Part shown: one piece after another, positions 30,305 through 39,700 of the stretch
How positions within the stretch are numbered: the first letter of the stretch is position 1
Layout of the letters: every line of letters begins with the position of its first letter
NCBI GenBank assembly: GCA_047722935.1
Contig: JBDNZS010000010.1
Location: 2,108 to 66,107, forward strand
DNA length: 64,000 bases
Direction: 5' to 3'
Source of the DNA: Ethanoligenens sp.
GTDB taxonomy: Bacteria; Bacillota; Clostridia; Oscillospirales; Ethanoligenentaceae
The notes under the pieces: model-generated
What the model was told of the DNA's origin: nothing
The model's input: only the letters and a program-made list of their open reading frames with translations
Database searches by the model: none
Position numbers and translations under genes: made by a program

Positions 30305-31840
30305 TCACACACGTTTGCGCCGCATCGCTATCTGCCGCACTACATTGCGCTCATATGGACTACCGTCGTCCAGTTCACCGCGCAATACTTGTTCTACTGA
30401 ATAAATGCCGTCTCCGGAAGCGAGCGGCAGCTCGCCGTCCTCTGCCGCATCACCCTCATAGACCATCTGGCAATGGTCCGGAAATGTTTGAAAAATGCGA
30501 AGCATGTTTTTGACTTTTCGAACGGCACGTTTCCCCGCCGTTTTCACGGCAGTATGTACAGAAGGCATTTCAGCACCAAAACGGACAGAAACGAGATAAG
30601 CGCCGCTGCTTTGGGAGCCTTTCAGCTGCCAATTGCCCGGCAATGGATTCTGAACGACTGTTCGCTGCATTTGTGCACCGCTTTCAGAATGTGCTTCATG
30701 CAACGTGGTAACTCCACCGTCCGGCGCCGTAAGCGTAAAACGGCCGGCAGCATCGCCCCCCGCCGTCATCAAGCAGATATCTATACTGCGCGCGGCACTG
30801 TCCACCGCAAATGTTTCCTGCACACCATCTGCCATCCCGCCCCCGCGCAATACCAATCCATCGGGAACCTCTATCGCCTCGGCATCCTGCGGCAAATCTT
30901 TCACTGCCACGGAAACAGGTTTTACCAACGGGGCAATACCCAAAACCGCACGACGCACATTCGGCCAAATAAACTGTCCGCTCTGCATCTGGATGTGGTC
31001 GAAGTCCAATGTAGCCACATGTTCTCCGTTTGGATTATGTGCACTGCGCACAGTTACGACGCCATCGTTTTTTCCCCAACGCGAAAGAATCTGTGCGCCT
31101 GCCCAAACACGGCTGAAAGCAGGGCCGCTGCCGCATCCCGCAAAAGTAAACAACGGCACTGCGCGCCCCACCACATCGGTTTTCTTGCGATAAGCCTGCA
31201 TATACCCTGTCTGCATCACATAACAGCCGTCACTATGTACGCCCATCCGTTCGCCCAACGGAAACCCGATGGAGGAATAGGCCAAATCTGCCAGTTCAGA
31301 GCCCCAGTGCGGAGAGCTAAGCGTATAGAGCCGCCGAATCCGCGGCGCCGCGCCATAGTAAATGGCTGCCGTCTGAGCGTCCACACCGCCTTTGCTGTGT
31401 GCAACCAGTGTCACCGCGTCAGTCTGATAAAATGCACAAATATCGGAAAGTTGCCATGCCAGAATCCGCCCATTTTTCCACATATCCATCGGTTTTTCTT
31501 TTTCTGCCGCAAACCCGACAAACGCTGCCCGAAACCCGTCGGCCACCGCAAGGGCATACATTTGGTTCAATCCGTATACCTCGCTTTTTTCCCAAAAGCT
31601 GCGCGCCGGCTGTCCCAGACCCGGCACAAAAACAATGACCGGAGCACCCGGCCATTCAATTGCGCCGGCGTACCATCCGCCGCGTCCCGTATCGTCATAT
31701 GTATGGATAAGCCGCGGCGCCGGCGGCTCCAATACCATGTTTTGCTCCATCGAACACCCTCCCGCCATATCTGATACTGGAAGTATATGCGGAAGTATGG
31801 AGTCGTGTTCCCTCTTGTGCAAAATCATATCGTATGACAA
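30305..31840 (-). CDS. Alpha/beta-hydrolase (lipase/esterase-like) with a C-terminal domain of about 200 aa and unknown function
   Basis: Nucleophile elbow VAHSKGG (GxSxG-like) in an N-terminal half of about 300 aa. No signal peptide is seen. The start is uncertain because there are several in-frame Met codons. Confidence 0.65.
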   Translation of the reverse strand: MSYDMILHKREHDSILPHILPVSDMAGGCSMEQNMVLEPPAPRLIHTYDDTGRGGWYAGAIEWPGAPVIVFVPGLGQPARSFWEKSEVYGLNQMYALAVADGFRAAFVGFAAEKEKPMDMWKNGRILAWQLSDICAFYQTDAVTLVAHSKGGVDAQTAAIYYGAAPRIRRLYTLSSPHWGSELADLAYSSIGFPLGERMGVHSDGCYVMQTGYMQAYRKKTDVVGRAVPLFTFAGCGSGPAFSRVWAGAQILSRWGKNDGVVTVRSAHNPNGEHVATLDFDHIQMQSGQFIWPNVRRAVLGIAPLVKPVSVAVKDLPQDAEAIEVPDGLVLRGGGMADGVQETFAVDSAARSIDICLMTAGGDAAGRFTLTAPDGGVTTLHEAHSESGAQMQRTVVQNPLPGNWQLKGSQSSGAYLVSVRFGAEMPSVHTAVKTAGKRAVRKVKNMLRIFQTFPDHCQMVYEGDAAEDGELPLASGDGIYSVEQVLRGELDDGSPYERNVVRQIAMRRKRV

Positions 31841-31896
31841 CGCTTCATTGTTCCCATTTTTGCTATATCTTTAAGAGCGGCTGTATATAACCCTTT

Positions 31897-32784
31897 TCAC
31901 TCTCCGAGCGACTGTACCAATGCCGAGATGCTGCTTTCTATTCGGGAACTGTAAAAATCTACGGGATATACGCCTTTCGTTGTCCTTGGCAATTCCAGCA
32001 AAATAGACTCTGCCCCTTGCGTAGACGCCCATAGACTGAAAAAACCATTGCATTTTGCGTCAAACGCACTGAACCTTTTAGAAACAGTAACTGGCAGAAA
32101 AAAAGAAGCAATTGCTGCATTCCCTAACACGTGGTCTTCCCACCCATGTACATCGACCACGACTGCCGGTTTGATCTGTGTAACAAGATCCACAAGAGCT
32201 TGGCTTTCGGGCGCCGCAAGCGGTGCCGCAAGCGTATGGTCACGCGCATTGGCAATCACTTTAAAACCAGTCGGAAAATCCCGGTTGATATTCACACCCA
32301 GCGACATCTGGCATCTTCCCTTGCCGTTTTGGCTTATTCCATCCGCCAGCCCGTCCGGATTAGCCGAAGGCACAACATACAGTGCCGTGGTATCCAGCAC
32401 GCTGCGATTGCTGCTCGCCCACGCAATCACCGCGTTACCAATATCGACCAGAGCCTGTCCATCTTTGGCATATGCATCTTCATATCCATGGATCTCTAAG
32501 GTCATTAGTACAGACGTCTTAACCGGTTTATCCGGCAAAATCCGTATGCAGTTCAGATTGGCTCCCAAGCCGCTTTTTCCATACACAAACGTACCAACCG
32601 CAGGCAGTGCCTGCAATTGCTCTGCAATCCGCTGCTGGTTGGAAACAACAGACGCGGCAGTAGCCGGATCTGCCTGTCCTTTCAAGGGCTCTTTTGACTG
32701 AAACAACAGAGAAAAAACCAAGGCTATGGCGAACACCACGGTAAACAACAGCAGGCCGACAGTTTGCCTTTGCAGTGTCCACAT
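31897..32784 (-). CDS. Membrane-anchored M14 family zinc carboxypeptidase-like protein
   Basis: N-terminal TM helix, Zn ligands EIHGYED and VDVHGWE, plus NINRDFP and the catalytic-Glu region ILLELP. Confidence 0.8.
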   Translation of the reverse strand: MWTLQRQTVGLLLFTVVFAIALVFSLLFQSKEPLKGQADPATAASVVSNQQRIAEQLQALPAVGTFVYGKSGLGANLNCIRILPDKPVKTSVLMTLEIHGYEDAYAKDGQALVDIGNAVIAWASSNRSVLDTTALYVVPSANPDGLADGISQNGKGRCQMSLGVNINRDFPTGFKVIANARDHTLAAPLAAPESQALVDLVTQIKPAVVVDVHGWEDHVLGNAAIASFFLPVTVSKRFSAFDAKCNGFFSLWASTQGAESILLELPRTTKGVYPVDFYSSRIESSISALVQSLGE

Positions 32785-32786
32785 TG

Positions 32787-33632
32787 TTATCGCCCAGAAA
32801 TACGGTTGCGTGGCTGTGCTTGCAAACGGAAAATCTGAAACAAGCGCTTCCCCAACATGACCAGTAAAAGGAGAGCCACCGACACCAGCGCAGTAAATCC
32901 ACCGGGTGCCACATTCAGCTGGTAAGATGCGACAAGTCCCGCCAAAATATCTACAATACTGAACAGCACTGAAAACAGAAGCGTCCGGCGGAAGCCCAAC
33001 CGAAGCTGGAGAGCAGTCGCCACCGGCAAAGCAATCATAGAGCTGAGTACCAGCACCCCCACGACGCGAATGGAAATCGAGATGGCCGAGGCGACCAGAA
33101 TAGAAAAAATGTAATTTATAAGTTGTACCCGCACACCGACGACACGTGCAGCTTCCTCATCGTAGGCAATATAAACAAGCTGATTGTACAGCAACACCAG
33201 CACCAGCACCGAAATGATGCTCAACACCAGAATCGCACCCATATCAAATGCAGAAACCGTTAAAACACTGCCGAAGAGATAAGAATCCGCATTGGCATGC
33301 AGTTTGCCAGAACTGATGATGGTGATTGCAATACCTACGCTGAGCGCAAGCACGATAGTCAAAAGCAGGTCGGTAAATTTCTTAAAATAAACACGCAGAA
33401 ATTCAATCAGCGCACCGCAGGCCGATGTAAAAACAAACGCGCCGATTACCGGGCTGCCACCGCTGAGCAAACCGATGGCCACGCCCGCCAAAGAGGCGTG
33501 GGAAAGCGCGTCCCCGATCATGGAATAGCGGCGCAGCACCAGAAAAATCCCGATACTTGGGCAAAGGATGGCAATGAAAAATGATACCACCAGTGCATTC
33601 TGCATAAAACTATATTGAAACATTTGAAGCAT
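32787..33632 (-). CDS. Metal ABC transporter permease (ZnuB/MntB-type, ABC-3 family)
   Basis: 281-aa polytopic protein with typical ABC-3 regions (DALSHASLAGVA, DSYLFGS). Confidence 0.9.
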   Translation of the reverse strand: MLQMFQYSFMQNALVVSFFIAILCPSIGIFLVLRRYSMIGDALSHASLAGVAIGLLSGGSPVIGAFVFTSACGALIEFLRVYFKKFTDLLLTIVLALSVGIAITIISSGKLHANADSYLFGSVLTVSAFDMGAILVLSIISVLVLVLLYNQLVYIAYDEEAARVVGVRVQLINYIFSILVASAISISIRVVGVLVLSSMIALPVATALQLRLGFRRTLLFSVLFSIVDILAGLVASYQLNVAPGGFTALVSVALLLLVMLGKRLFQIFRLQAQPRNRISGR

Positions 33633-33695
33633 GAAAACGGATCCCCTTACTGTTCATTTTTTTTGCACCGCGTTCTATTCTGTAGCCCTATCCAT

Positions 33696-34349
33696 TCAGG
33701 AAGAATGTAAAAATTCGTCCGCATATTGTTTAGGGGTACAGAGATGTCCGTGTCCATCCAGCAGATGATAGATCAGCGTCGAATTTGCCATTGCAGCCTG
33801 CAAATTGTGCTCAATAGAAACAACAGTCATGCCTTTTTGGCGGTTCCATTCCTTTACAAAAGCATATATCTCGCGCTGGCTGCCCGCATCCACACCGGTA
33901 GAAGGTTCGTCCAGCATCAAAAGATCCGGTTCCCCCATCAACGCACGGGCAAGCCGGATTTTCTGGGCTTGTCCACCAGAAAGCGTACCCATCAATTCTC
34001 GTGCATATTCCTGCATATGCACCTGTTCTAGGCTACGCATTACACAGTTTTTATCCCGCAGCTTCAGCAGCTTACGGTAACTGTCTAACATTTCGTAAAC
34101 CGTGATGGGAAAATCACTGTTGGCATCTTGTCTCTGCGGAACATAGCCAATTCGCTTGGCCTGAACCACAATATTTCCGGAAATCGGCTTCAAAAACCCT
34201 AACATCAATCGAGCCAAAGTGCTCTTCCCGCTTCCGTTTTCACCGAGAATAGAAACATATTCGCCATCTTTGATTGTAAGATGCAGGCCATCCAGCGTGT
34301 ACGGGCGCAACCCTGTATATGAAAAACAAAGGTGATTCACCTGAATCAT
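33696..34349 (-). CDS. Metal ABC transporter ATP-binding protein (ZnuC-type)
   Basis: Walker A GENGSGKST, signature LSGGQAQK, Walker B LMLDEPSTGVD. The ATG at 34349 lies 7 nt after GGGGAG. Confidence 0.9.
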   Translation of the reverse strand: MIQVNHLCFSYTGLRPYTLDGLHLTIKDGEYVSILGENGSGKSTLARLMLGFLKPISGNIVVQAKRIGYVPQRQDANSDFPITVYEMLDSYRKLLKLRDKNCVMRSLEQVHMQEYARELMGTLSGGQAQKIRLARALMGEPDLLMLDEPSTGVDAGSQREIYAFVKEWNRQKGMTVVSIEHNLQAAMANSTLIYHLLDGHGHLCTPKQYADEFLHSS

Positions 34350-34408
34350 CTGCACACTCCCCTTTCATTCATAAATCCAAACGTTACCATCCGAATGTTA
34401 TCTGTTCT

Positions 34409-34438
34409 ATTATACGTTCAAATGCAAACGTTTTGCAA
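34409..34438 (-). promoter_or_regulatory. Putative promoter with an overlapping palindromic operator upstream of the metal ABC operon
   Basis: The minus strand reads TTGCAA, an 18-nt spacer, then TATAAT. The palindrome TGCAAAacgTTTGCA (34423-34437) overlaps the -35. Confidence 0.45.
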
Positions 34439-34473
34439 GTAAAACAAATGCATCACTTATTTTTTTATATGTG

Positions 34474-34508
34474 AAAAAAAGCGCTTGCTTTCTCAAGCAA
34501 ACGCCTTT
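34474..34508 (-). terminator. Rho-independent terminator of gldA
   Basis: On the minus strand, gcgtttgctt gaga aagcaagcgc is followed by TTTTTTT. Confidence 0.75.
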
Positions 34509-34556
34509 TAACGTATGAGAGTAAATGACTTTTATCGCTGATGCTACTACTAAAAT

Positions 34557-35648
34557 TTATGCGTTCAAATAGGTTTTGCCAAGCACATCGGCTGCAATCA
34601 ACGCATCGTAAAGCGCATCCGGTGTCACGTCGCCCAGCAAATTATGGATGGACTCACCCGGTGCGCACGCTTTTTCCGCCGCAATATGAACACGCTCGGC
34701 ATCAGTAACGCCAATCTCGCCCAATGTAATAGGCAAACCAACTGAAATGCAAAAATGCACCACTTCTTCAATCTCGTCCAAAGAGGCATTTTCAAGCAAA
34801 AGCTGTGCAATGGTACCGAATGCGACGATAGAACCATGCTGCGTTGCTTCACATTCCTCTAACGCAGTGAACCCGTTGTAAACCGAATGAGAAACAGCCA
34901 AACCGCCGTTGTCCGCTCCCACACCGCTCAAAAACGTGTTGGCTTCAATGATGCTCTCCACCGCGGGGGTAAGTAATCCATGTTCTACTGCCTGTTTGGC
35001 TTTCAAGCCATCCCGCAACAATGTTTCATAGCAAAGCTCGCAGAGTGCCAAAGCGGATTTTGTGATACCGCCGTTTTCCAGGCTGAGCGCATTGCTGGCC
35101 ACACAGGCACGTGCTTCAAAATAGGTACCCAGTGCGTCGCCCATGCCGGCCACCAAAAACTTAACCGGCGCTTTGGAAATGATTGAGGTGTCTACAATGA
35201 CCACATCGGGGTTCTTCGGATAAAAAATGTATTTGTCAAACGAGCCATCGTCGTTGTAAATGACCGAAAGACCCGTACAAGGCGCATCGGTTGCCGCCAC
35301 TGTCGGAATAATAACGACCGGCAATTTTTCATAATAGGCTGTCGCCTTTGCAGTATCAATAGCACTACCGCCGCCCGCACCGCAAACGACATCAATCTTG
35401 TTCTCGCGTACAATCTTGCGCATCCGCTCGATCTCGCCATTGGAACTTACTCCGCCAAAAATCTCAAAAATGATTTTGTTGTCTTTGCCCTCAAAACTTT
35501 TCTCGATTAAAGGACGTGCCTGCTTATGGGCACTGCGGCTGCAAACAAATAAAAAGGATTTGCCAAAGTCCTTCACATTGTCATAAGTCTCAAGTAATGC
35601 ATCTTTCCCCTGAATATAATTGTGGGGTGCTCTGAATAATTTTAACAC
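34557..35648 (-). CDS. gldA: Glycerol dehydrogenase (iron-containing ADH superfamily)
   Basis: Contains GGGSAIDTAKA and APHNYIQGKDAL, a GldA-like N-terminus. A GTG start at 35648 lies 8 nt after AAGGAG. Confidence 0.85.
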   Translation of the reverse strand: MLKLFRAPHNYIQGKDALLETYDNVKDFGKSFLFVCSRSAHKQARPLIEKSFEGKDNKIIFEIFGGVSSNGEIERMRKIVRENKIDVVCGAGGGSAIDTAKATAYYEKLPVVIIPTVAATDAPCTGLSVIYNDDGSFDKYIFYPKNPDVVIVDTSIISKAPVKFLVAGMGDALGTYFEARACVASNALSLENGGITKSALALCELCYETLLRDGLKAKQAVEHGLLTPAVESIIEANTFLSGVGADNGGLAVSHSVYNGFTALEECEATQHGSIVAFGTIAQLLLENASLDEIEEVVHFCISVGLPITLGEIGVTDAERVHIAAEKACAPGESIHNLLGDVTPDALYDALIAADVLGKTYLNA

Positions 35649-35775
35649 GCAATCATCTCCTTGCCCCACTATTTTATAACAGGGATGCTTTTTATTCAAG
35701 ACATTTATGTTAAAAATTTATCGAACTTAATCGAATAAGAGGATTTCACACCTTCCCAACGTTCAGCATAACACT

Positions 35776-36642
35776 TTACAGCTGCACTCGACTGGTTGCG
35801 GCGGACTGCATTGTCAGAACCTGTTCCAGCCATTGCTGTATGCTTCGGAAAATCTCTTCTTTGTTCTGCTCGTTATGTAGCGTGTGGAATGCACCGGGAA
35901 TTTCTTGATATTCCACCCTGCCGCCGCTTCGCTCAGCAAACCCCTTGCTTGCAGCAGCCGACGTGACCGGATCTGCCTCTCCATGGATAATCAACGTCGG
36001 GAAAGCAATCTCGTGTGCATGGTGCAGTGCCCAGCGCCCTGCACAACTGGCCTGCCAGAACAGGCGTGCCGTCACAACCCCATGAATCAATGGGTCGGCC
36101 AAGTAAGAACGTGCGAATGCCGGATCGTGACTGAGTCCCTCGGGATGCAGACCCGAGTCGAAGCGGGGGCGTGGGGAAAACCGCGCAATCCCCCCCGCCA
36201 CCGCCGCACGACGTAACGGATGCCCCACCATTTTTAACCATGGTGCCGAGGCCACCAAGCCGGAAATATCCGGATTATGCCGCAACCCTTCATTCAGCAC
36301 GATATTTCCGCCCATGCTGTGCCCATACAAAAACAAAGGCAGTCCCGAAAACCGCGCGCGTGCCAAATCCAATAGCAACTCGACTTCATCCAAAAACAGT
36401 GCAAAATCAGGCACGTCTCCGCGGTCACCTGCTGAATGCCCGCTGCCATACAGATCAATCGCCATTACGGCAAAACCAGCCATTGTAAAAAAAGACGCGA
36501 ACGACAAAAAGCAGCCGCTGTAATCCCCCAACCCATGCACAAGGCAAATAACAGCTTTCGGAGGTTTCTCCGGCCTCCAAATATGGAAATAAAGCATACC
36601 CTCCGCTCGACTCTCAAATAATATTTCGTCACGGCTGTTCAT
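35776..36642 (-). CDS. Alpha/beta hydrolase (lysophospholipase / monoacylglycerol-lipase-like)
   Basis: HG oxyanion motif VHGLGDY and nucleophile elbow GHSMGG. The ATG at 36642 follows GGAGG. Confidence 0.85.
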   Translation of the reverse strand: MNSRDEILFESRAEGMLYFHIWRPEKPPKAVICLVHGLGDYSGCFLSFASFFTMAGFAVMAIDLYGSGHSAGDRGDVPDFALFLDEVELLLDLARARFSGLPLFLYGHSMGGNIVLNEGLRHNPDISGLVASAPWLKMVGHPLRRAAVAGGIARFSPRPRFDSGLHPEGLSHDPAFARSYLADPLIHGVVTARLFWQASCAGRWALHHAHEIAFPTLIIHGEADPVTSAAASKGFAERSGGRVEYQEIPGAFHTLHNEQNKEEIFRSIQQWLEQVLTMQSAATSRVQL

Positions 36643-36763
36643 TCCCACACCTCCAAGAAACAAAATGCGCTTTATAATTATTATAAATTATATGTGATTA
36701 ATATGTATTGTAGCAAGATTTGAGATCCATTGCAATAGAGAAAAGCACATTCATACCCGTTAT

Positions 36764-37624
36764 TCAATGGATGGGGCGCTTTTGATATTTCTGACCCGCT
36801 ACTTCCACACTGCCAATGGTGACCAATGCGTTCTCGTCAAAATCCAGTACAATCGATTTCAGTTTGGCAATCTCCAGACGGGAAACCACCACATACAGCA
36901 CGGTTGCGTCATTTTTCAAGTAGCCGCCCCGCGCATTCAGCAATGTACCGCCCCGTCCGAGACGGTCACGGATTGCATCTGAAATATCCTCATACCGGTC
37001 GGAAATCACCATGACCGCACGGGATTCATCGACGCCCTCCACCACTACATCAATGGCCTTAAACGCAATAAAATATGCAATTAAGGAATACATGGCGCGA
37101 TCCCAACCGAAGACAAATCCGGCACTGGAAAGAATAAACAGGTTAAAAAACATAACGATCTCGCCGACAGAAAAACCGACCTTTTTATCCATAATGATGG
37201 CGATGATCTCCGAGCCATCCAGCGACCCCCCGTTGCGGATAATCAATCCAACGCCCACGCCGACAATTACGCCGCCAAACACGCAGGCCAGAAGCGGTTG
37301 ATGGGTCAAACTTGGCACCGGATGCAACAGTGAAACGCCAAGTGACACAGCCAAGACTCCAAACAGCGTCGTCAGTGTAAAGCTTTTACCGATTTGCTTA
37401 TATCCGATTACAAAAAATGGTACATTCAGTAAAAAGGTAAAAATCCCAAGCGGAAGATTGCTAAGGTGGCTCGCAATGATCGCCACACCCATAACACCGC
37501 CATCAATCACATTGTTGGGCACAAGAAAAATCTCCAGACCCACGGAATATAAGGCAGCGCCCAATAGCACAAATAGCACACGGGCCGTCAGCACTGCCTG
37601 CTTATTATTTTTAAACAACCCCAT
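36764..37624 (-). CDS. YitT family membrane protein (DUF161 repeats plus DUF2179 C-terminal domain)
   Basis: 286 aa with a five-TM N-terminal part and a C-terminal soluble domain RGGYLKNDATVLYVVVSRLEIAKLK. Confidence 0.85.
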   Translation of the reverse strand: MGLFKNNKQAVLTARVLFVLLGAALYSVGLEIFLVPNNVIDGGVMGVAIIASHLSNLPLGIFTFLLNVPFFVIGYKQIGKSFTLTTLFGVLAVSLGVSLLHPVPSLTHQPLLACVFGGVIVGVGVGLIIRNGGSLDGSEIIAIIMDKKVGFSVGEIVMFFNLFILSSAGFVFGWDRAMYSLIAYFIAFKAIDVVVEGVDESRAVMVISDRYEDISDAIRDRLGRGGTLLNARGGYLKNDATVLYVVVSRLEIAKLKSIVLDFDENALVTIGSVEVAGQKYQKRPIH

Positions 37625-37931
37625 TCCTCCTTAAAACCGTATGAAGATAAGCCAACGCCTGAAAGCAGTAATGTGCTCCCACACAGGACATTTCGACATG
37701 TTTTATCTCATCTATATATAGTATAACATGGCGCTTGCTTTCTGCAAAGCATCTGCAATTTCTTTTCAAAACAACGTACCGATAAAGTCAATATGCAAAC
37801 GGCACATGCCAATCACTGAACAATATGCCAAAACAGTGAAATCATGCAAAGTTATTGATGTGCAGCAAAGAATGTAAAAACAACCTATCCATAAGGGCGG
37901 AAACGTGGTAAAATAGAAATGTTTGATTGCG

Positions 37932-37975
37932 GCGGACGCGATGTTTCACATCTTCGTCCGCATCGTTTATTTTTG
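37932..37975 (+). promoter_or_regulatory. Terminator-like hairpin early in the long 5' leader of the DEAD-box helicase gene
   Basis: gcggacg ... cgtccgc with an inner stem gatg/catc, followed by ATCGTTTATTTTT. It lies about 12 nt downstream of an extended -10 (TGgTAAAAT at 37906-37914). Confidence 0.45.
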
Positions 37976-38151
37976 GAATCCACCGGGCGGCGAACAGGTG
38001 TGCGCTGTCTGGTGGATTGGCTGCGGTTGCCGTTCTGTGCCGCGCGCGGCGCTTATCAATATGATCGAGCAATACAAAAGATACGGGCGATCCGATCTCG
38101 CATTCATGCGCACAGGGAGTCGGATAGCGATTTAAACCCAAGGAGAACTAT

Positions 38152-39468
38152 ATGCAATTTTCGCAGCTTCAACTCGATCCCAATATTTTGAAAGCCCTTG
38201 TCGCCGCCGGATATGAACAGCCAACCCCCATTCAAGAGCAATCCATCCCGTATATCCTTGAAAACCGGGATTTACTGGGTACTGCGCAGACCGGCACCGG
38301 AAAAACCGCCGCGTTTGCCGTGCCTATCCTTGATCAGCTCTGCCAGAACCACGATCATCCGGTTGTACCGCGGCACATTCGTGCGCTGGTACTTTCCCCC
38401 ACGCGGGAGCTGGCCATCCAGATTAAAGAAAGCTTTGATCTGTACGGCCGTTTCCTGCACCTGCGAAATACCGTGATCTTCGGCGGTGTCTCACAGATTC
38501 CGCAGGTGAGCAAACTGCGGGAGGGTGTGGACATCCTCATTGCCACGCCGGGCCGTTTGCTTGATCTGATGAACCAGCGGCATGTTGACCTCTCACATGT
38601 TTCCTACTTTGTGCTGGATGAAGCCGACCGGATGCTGGATATGGGCTTCATCAACGATGTCCACAAAGTGGTGGAGAAATTACCGCAAAACCGGCAGACT
38701 TTGCTGTTTTCCGCCACCATGCCGCCCGATATCAAGAGATTGGCAGACAAACTTTTAAAGGACCCCGCACGGGTAGCTGTCGCTCCCGTGTCTTCCACTG
38801 CCGAAACCGTAGAACAGAAATTGTTCTTTTTAGATAAGAAAAATAAGCAGCACCTGTTGGTGCACCTGCTGAAAACCGCCGACATGGAATCCGTACTGGT
38901 TTTTTCCCGCACCAAACACGGTGCGAACAAGATTGTGGAACATCTCGAAAAGGCGGGCATTCCCTCCAAAGCCATTCACGGAAACAAATCCCAGAGCGCA
39001 CGTCAGCAGGCGCTGCGGGAATTTAAAAACCGCAAAATACGTGTCTTGGTGGCAACTGATATCGCGGCGCGCGGCATCGATGTGACGGAGCTATCGCACG
39101 TTATCAACTATGATCTGCCTAATGAACCGGAAACTTACGTGCATCGCATCGGCCGCACCGGTCGCGCCGGACAAAGCGGCATGGCGTTCTCGTTCTGCGA
39201 TGAAGAAGAGCACGATTATTTAAAAAGCATCGAACGGCTGATCGGCAAAAAAATTCCGGTAGAAACCGAACACCCGTTCCCCGCCACGCTTGCGCCGACC
39301 GCACCGCCCAAACAAGGCGGACATGGCGGTCATCGCTCGTCTTCCTATGGCAATCCCCGCAGTGGCGGCTATCGCCCCACGCAGCGAGCAGGCGGCCCAC
39401 GCGGTAGCAGTTACGCGCATAAAGGCGGCGGACGCACCGGCGCACCTCGGCAGCGCACAGGCGCATAA
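38152..39468 (+). CDS. DEAD-box ATP-dependent RNA helicase with a Gly/Arg-rich C-terminal tail
   Basis: Motifs AQTGTGKT, DEAD, SAT and HRIGRTGRAG, with a C-terminal RGG-like tail. Confidence 0.95.
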   Translation: MQFSQLQLDPNILKALVAAGYEQPTPIQEQSIPYILENRDLLGTAQTGTGKTAAFAVPILDQLCQNHDHPVVPRHIRALVLSPTRELAIQIKESFDLYGRFLHLRNTVIFGGVSQIPQVSKLREGVDILIATPGRLLDLMNQRHVDLSHVSYFVLDEADRMLDMGFINDVHKVVEKLPQNRQTLLFSATMPPDIKRLADKLLKDPARVAVAPVSSTAETVEQKLFFLDKKNKQHLLVHLLKTADMESVLVFSRTKHGANKIVEHLEKAGIPSKAIHGNKSQSARQQALREFKNRKIRVLVATDIAARGIDVTELSHVINYDLPNEPETYVHRIGRTGRAGQSGMAFSFCDEEEHDYLKSIERLIGKKIPVETEHPFPATLAPTAPPKQGGHGGHRSSSYGNPRSGGYRPTQRAGGPRGSSYAHKGGGRTGAPRQRTGA

Positions 39469-39498
39469 GGCACACCGTATCTTTCTTGCTAAACGTGT

Positions 39499-39534
39499 AA
39501 ACGCCCTTGCGGTTGAAACCGTCAAGGGCGTTTT
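39499..39534 (+). terminator. Rho-independent terminator of the helicase gene
   Basis: aaacgcccttg ... caagggcgtttt. Confidence 0.8.
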
Positions 39535-39638
39535 ACTATGCTCATTTTTCCAAATGGATTTCACCATGTCCTTTCTCAAACGCCTGCACATGCTCGCGAA
39601 TGAGCAATTCCACCTCCCACAAGAACAGGTAGGCCAAA

Positions 39639-39680
39639 CAACAAGACACCCGGCAGATTTTTCTGCCGGGTGTCTTGTTG
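39639..39680 (-). terminator. 19-bp perfect hairpin downstream of spoIVA
   Basis: caacaagacacccggcaga tttt tctgccgggtgtcttgttg. Only a short U-run follows on the minus strand. Confidence 0.6.
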
Positions 39681-39700
39681 CGATATTGACACATATGGTT

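Noticed and set aside
30473-31774. A 433-aa + strand ORF.
   Set aside because: It is antisense to the alpha/beta-hydrolase gene. It has a low-complexity, Arg/His/Cys-rich composition, no RBS and no recognisable domain.
34481-34493. A 13-nt identical string, gcgcttgctttct, also present at 37731-37743.
   Set aside because: Matches of this length are expected by chance many times in a 64-kb window on two strands. The flanks diverge immediately.
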